Shown: piece after piece, positions 34,328-37,932 of the stretch
How positions within the stretch are numbered: the first letter of the stretch is position 1
Layout of the letters: each line of letters starts with the position of its first letter
DNA from: Minisyncoccota bacterium
GTDB taxonomy: Bacteria; Patescibacteriota; Minisyncoccia; 2-02-FULL-40-12; GWA2-44-9
Direction: 5' to 3'
Assembly (NCBI GenBank): GCA_018062285.1
Contig: JAGOSO010000007.1
Span: 1 to 37,932 of the forward strand
DNA length: 37,932 nt
Position numbers and translations under genes: made by a program
The notes under the pieces: generated by a model
The model's database searches: none
Told to the model about the DNA's origin: nothing
What the model saw: only the letters and a program-made list of their open reading frames with translations

Positions 34328-35591
34328 AGAATCACCGATAGACAAAATTTTATATCAGATTAAGAAATTTATACCTAAGTCGGTATTTGAATTTTTCCAG
34401 CCGGCGTATCATCGGTTGTTGGCATGGGGCGGAGCGTTGAGATATGGTTTTCCGTCGAATGATATGAAGTTGATTGGCGTGACGGGGACAAAAGGTAAAT
34501 CGACGACGGTTTACATGATTGCTAAGATTCTGGAAGCTTCTGGGGCCAAAGTAGCTGCCATTGGTTCGCTTGGTTTTAAAATCAAAGACAGGGAATGGCC
34601 AAATACTTTAAAGCAGACTATGCCCGGACGTTTTCGGTTGCAAAGATTTTTGTCTGAAGCCAAGAAAGCTGGTTGTGATTATGTTGTTTTGGAAGTTACG
34701 TCAGAAGGTATTAAGCAATATCGTCATCTTGGAATTAAATTCGATACTGCTGTTTTTGTTAATATACACCGCGAGCATTTAGAAAATCACGGTTCATTTG
34801 AAAATTACATTAAAGCTAAGCAAGAATTGTTTAGGGCAGCTAAGAATGTTCATGTCCTTAACGCCGACGAAGTCCATATTTCTGATTTTGATAAATTCCC
34901 AGCTGAAAAGAAGATTACTTTCGGTGTTAATCATGGTGATGTTCGAGCGACTGATATTTTGGCGACAGAAAGTGAGTCAGAATTCAAGGTCGGCGGGCAA
35001 GAGGTCCACATGAAAGTCGGTGGCGTTTTTAATATCTTAAACGCATTGGCGGCCTGGAGTGTGGCCTCGGTTTATGACACCGATCCAGTTGTTATCGCCA
35101 AGGCTCTCTCTGAAATTAATACAATCCCTGGGCGTTTGGAATTTGTACAAAAGAAACCATTCGCAGTGGTAGTTGATTATGCCCATACCCCAGATTCACT
35201 GGAGATAATCTACAAGACTCTAAAACCAGCCAATGGGCGCTTGATTGTTGTTCTTGGTGCTGCCGGTGGTGGTCGCGATAAATGGAAGCGTGCTGAGTTT
35301 GGTACTATCGCTGATGTTTTGGCTGATGAAATTATATTAACGGACGAAGATCCATACGAAGAAGACCCAGAGAAAATTATTGTCGATATTCAACAGGGGA
35401 TTAAGCGCATTGATCATGTTGAGGTAATTATGGATCGTAAGGAAGCCATTGGCCGAGCCATTTCCATTGCCAAAGAGGGTGACGTTGTTGCTATCACTGG
35501 CAAGGGATCTGAGATTTCTATGGCCGTTTCTGGTAATAATAAAATTCCTTGGTCAGACAGAGAGATTGCCAAGGGTTTTCTTACTAATTGA
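34320..35591 (+). CDS. murE: Mur ligase family enzyme, MurE-like (UDP-MurNAc-tripeptide synthetase)
   Basis: 'GVTGTKGKSTT' P-loop, 'NIHREHLENHGSFENYIKAK' and 'DYAHTPDSLE'. Shorter than canonical MurE. Confidence 0.6.
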   Translation: MIKESPIDKILYQIKKFIPKSVFEFFQPAYHRLLAWGGALRYGFPSNDMKLIGVTGTKGKSTTVYMIAKILEASGAKVAAIGSLGFKIKDREWPNTLKQTMPGRFRLQRFLSEAKKAGCDYVVLEVTSEGIKQYRHLGIKFDTAVFVNIHREHLENHGSFENYIKAKQELFRAAKNVHVLNADEVHISDFDKFPAEKKITFGVNHGDVRATDILATESESEFKVGGQEVHMKVGGVFNILNALAAWSVASVYDTDPVVIAKALSEINTIPGRLEFVQKKPFAVVVDYAHTPDSLEIIYKTLKPANGRLIVVLGAAGGGRDKWKRAEFGTIADVLADEIILTDEDPYEEDPEKIIVDIQQGIKRIDHVEVIMDRKEAIGRAISIAKEGDVVAITGKGSEISMAVSGNNKIPWSDREIAKGFLTN

Positions 35592-35629
35592 GCTTGTTGT
35601 TAGTTGATAAATTTTGTTATTATTAAAAA

Positions 35630-36097
35630 ATGTCAGAAGAAGAATTCCAAGTACAATTAGCCAAAAAGGAAGAACGTCCTAAGTTTAGAACGGCTCATGC
35701 TCCCGGCTTATCCTGGCTAGTGGTTATTTTGTTGATGGTTTTATTGGCCTTTTCGGTAATTCATTTTGGGAGTCTTCAGCCAATTCCTAGTCCTATGCCA
35801 ACTTCTGTTGCCGAAAACAGTACTACGCCAACAGCTCAGCCCCGCATATACACAATCTCATACGACTCAGGAGTGTTTAGTCCCACAAATTTGCGAATTC
35901 ATGCAGGAGATACGGTTCGATTTAAAAATGATAGTATTTTCCCAATCAGGATTTCATCAGGGGATTTAGCTGGCTTTGATAGCATCGGAGATGTTCCTCA
36001 AAATAGTTATTTTTCTTTTACTTTTGCTGTACGTGGCACTTTTAGTTACCATAACACTCATAATGTGGATCAGGTTGGAGCAATAATTGTTAGGTAA
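35630..36097 (+). CDS. Membrane-anchored protein with C-terminal beta-sandwich (cupredoxin-like fold without Cys ligand), unknown
   Basis: One TM then 'LRIHAGDTVRFKND'-type strands. No Cu-site Cys. Confidence 0.4.
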   Translation: MSEEEFQVQLAKKEERPKFRTAHAPGLSWLVVILLMVLLAFSVIHFGSLQPIPSPMPTSVAENSTTPTAQPRIYTISYDSGVFSPTNLRIHAGDTVRFKNDSIFPIRISSGDLAGFDSIGDVPQNSYFSFTFAVRGTFSYHNTHNVDQVGAIIVR

Positions 36098-36106
36098 TAA
36101 TGAAAC

Positions 36107-36940
36107 GTGAAGATTCAGCCCAACTTATTTTTTAAAGAAGCCCTGTTGTTCGCCACGACACTGGCATTGGGCTTATTTGTTTCGGTCAGGTATCTTTTTT
36201 TATTGACCGGAATTAATACTGTTAGTCCGACAAGTCTAACAGTTGGCGATCTTGTTGTTTTTGTGATGGGTCTTACCTTGGTGTGGTTTATTAGTCGGGT
36301 ACCAAAAATGGCCTATTGGTTATTTTGGATTTTTATTTCATCTTTAATTTTTTCCGGATCACAAATAGCTGCCGCTAGTATTGTTGGATTTCCTGTAGAC
36401 GTTGTCAGTGGTGTATTGGTTCTTTTGTGTTTTTTGACAGTGCGAAAGGTTTTGGTTCATGATCTTGCTGTGGTTTTGGCTATTGCTGGCCTCGCTGGAA
36501 CTATTGGGATAATTATAGATCCTAAAATTGCGATCTATGGACTGGTCTTGTTTTCTTTTTACGATATTGTTGCTGTTTATAAAACAAAACACATGGTGCA
36601 AATGGCCCAGAGCATGGTTCGCACTGGTGCTATCTTTGGTTTTATAATTCCTAAAAGTTTTAATTTGTTTCTTGCTTCCACAAAAGAAGCGAAGGATAGA
36701 ATTGGTAATGATTTTACCTTGCTGGGTTCTGGGGACGTTGCCCTACCTTTAATTTTTATTTGTTCTTTGGTTCAAGAGTCTTTAGGGCAAGCAATTGTTG
36801 TGGCAGTGTTTTCTTTGTTTGGATTGCTCATAACTCACGTGCTTTTTATTAATCAGGCAGAAAGAAAACCAATGGCTGCTTTACCGCCAATTGCTATGAT
36901 GACCTTAATTGGGTATTTAATTGCGTTATTAATAATTTAA
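36107..36940 (+). CDS. Polytopic membrane protein with presenilin/signal-peptide-peptidase-like YD and GxGD motifs (putative intramembrane aspartyl protease)
   Basis: 'FSFYDIVAVY' and 'LLGSGDVALPLI' in predicted TM helices, and a C-terminal 'AALPPIA' (PAL-like). GTG start in the track. Confidence 0.45.
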   Translation: MKIQPNLFFKEALLFATTLALGLFVSVRYLFLLTGINTVSPTSLTVGDLVVFVMGLTLVWFISRVPKMAYWLFWIFISSLIFSGSQIAAASIVGFPVDVVSGVLVLLCFLTVRKVLVHDLAVVLAIAGLAGTIGIIIDPKIAIYGLVLFSFYDIVAVYKTKHMVQMAQSMVRTGAIFGFIIPKSFNLFLASTKEAKDRIGNDFTLLGSGDVALPLIFICSLVQESLGQAIVVAVFSLFGLLITHVLFINQAERKPMAALPPIAMMTLIGYLIALLII

Positions 36941-36944
36941 AAAA

Positions 36945-37932
36945 ATGGCAAAAATTACATTTTATGGTGGTGCTCAATCGGTAACAGGTTCGAATTATTT
37001 ATTAGAAGTTGGGGGTGTAAAAGTTTTGGTTGATTGCGGGATGTTCCAGGGCTCAAGTGATTCTGAAGAAAAAAATTATGGCCAGTTCCCTTATAAGCCA
37101 GAAGAGCTTTCCGCTGTTTTTATTTCTCACAGCCACGCTGATCATACTGGCAGATTACCAAAGTTGTTTAAAGAGGGTTTCAGGGGTGTTCTGTATGCTA
37201 CCCCACCTACTTTGGATATGACTTTTGTGGCTTTGCCTGACAACTTGGGCTTAATGACTGACGCCGCAAAAAGAACCAATCATCCAGTCTTGTTTACGCA
37301 AGAAGATTTAGATGGTGTTATGGGTTTGGCTAAGGCTGCCAATTATGGTGAAGAAATAAATCTTGGCCCCAACTTTTCAGCTGTGCTTCATGATGCCGGC
37401 CATATTTTAGGTTCTTCAATTATTGAATTTAGGGCAGAAGGCAAGAAGATATATTTTTCAGGAGATTTAGGTAATCCTCCAACACCTCTTTTGCGCCCTT
37501 TTGAATATCCAGTTGGTGCAGACTATATTGTTGTCGAATCGGCTTACGGTGACAGAGTCCACGAAGACCGCTCTACGCGAAAAGAAAAATTGCGGTCCAT
37601 CGTCAAAGAAACAATTTTAAAAGGTGGAACTTTAATGATCCCATCTTTTGCCATGGAAAGAACACAGGAATTATTGTTTGAATTAAATGAAATGAGTAAC
37701 TCGGGCGAAATACCAAAGGTTCCAATGTTTTTGGATTCTCCTTTGGCCATAAAGTTAACTGAGGTCTATCAAAAATACCCAGAGTACTTTAACAAAGATG
37801 CGAAGCACATTATAGAATCTGGGGATGACCTATTTAATTTTCCAGGTTTAACCTATTGTCGCACCAGTCAAGATTCAAAAAAAATCAATGACGTTATTGG
37901 CGCCAAGGTTGTTATTGCTGGCTCCGGCATGT
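36945..37932 (+). CDS. Metallo-beta-lactamase/beta-CASP fold RNA-processing nuclease (RNase J/CPSF-like), 3'-truncated by the window edge
   Basis: Read by eye: MAKITFYGGAQSVTGSNYLLEVGGVKVLVDCGMFQG...FISHSHADHTGRLP (HxHxDH). Runs open to 37932, so it is absent from the ORF track. Confidence 0.6.
   Translation, partial: MAKITFYGGAQSVTGSNYLLEVGGVKVLVDCGMFQGSSDSEEKNYGQFPYKPEELSAVFISHSHADHTGRLPKLFKEGFRGVLYATPPTLDMTFVALPDNLGLMTDAAKRTNHPVLFTQEDLDGVMGLAKAANYGEEINLGPNFSAVLHDAGHILGSSIIEFRAEGKKIYFSGDLGNPPTPLLRPFEYPVGADYIVVESAYGDRVHEDRSTRKEKLRSIVKETILKGGTLMIPSFAMERTQELLFELNEMSNSGEIPKVPMFLDSPLAIKLTEVYQKYPEYFNKDAKHIIESGDDLFNFPGLTYCRTSQDSKKINDVIGAKVVIAGSGM

Overview
The window is a low-GC (about 38-42% by eye) bacterial chromosome segment with compact housekeeping operons, punctuated by six G+C-rich intergenic cassettes that look compositionally foreign.

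The housekeeping genes are: hpf, secA followed by a Cas4-like nuclease, a RecB-family nuclease, secD and secF, a sigma-70 region-4 HTH protein, a TraD/VirD4-like ATPase, an HD hydrolase, a VanY-like M15 peptidase, tRNA-Lys(UUU), aspS, an S11 D-Ala-D-Ala carboxypeptidase, mraY, ftsW, rpsT, uvrB, ruvA, a FemAB-family transferase, a HIT protein, a MurE-like ligase, a presenilin-like membrane protease and a partial beta-CASP MBL RNase. Gene content, the small proteins and the weak RBSs fit a reduced CPR/Patescibacteria-like genome.

The six cassette loci are about 2407-2770, 6240-7530, 15517-19190, 25255-26900, 28340-28755 and 31812-32945. Each cassette is a self-contained promoter - 5'UTR - strong RBS - G+C-rich ORF (roughly mid-50s % GC by eye) - GC-stem intrinsic terminator. 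Most carry a near-consensus sigma70 promoter, commonly the 'TTGACAAAAT' -35 motif.

Cargo proteins: a DUF262/ParB-like (DGQQR-type) nuclease-domain protein, a 765-aa flotillin/SPFH protein with four internal tandem repeats plus two small neighbours, several unknown proteins of 70-184 aa, and a tandem array with a 273/274-bp period of small hydrophobic basic-tailed peptides (51, 55 and 70 aa) that resembles type I toxin loci.

A roughly 200-bp imperfect inverted repeat (15517-15720 / 26700-26900) brackets an 11-kb block. The two cassettes at 25296-26693 share paralogous promoter and terminator modules around different cargo genes. A 47-bp ruvA fragment is duplicated at the edge of the peptide array.

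No recombinase, transposase, CRISPR array or rRNA is visible. All functional calls rest on motifs I recognised in the translations; no database search was possible.
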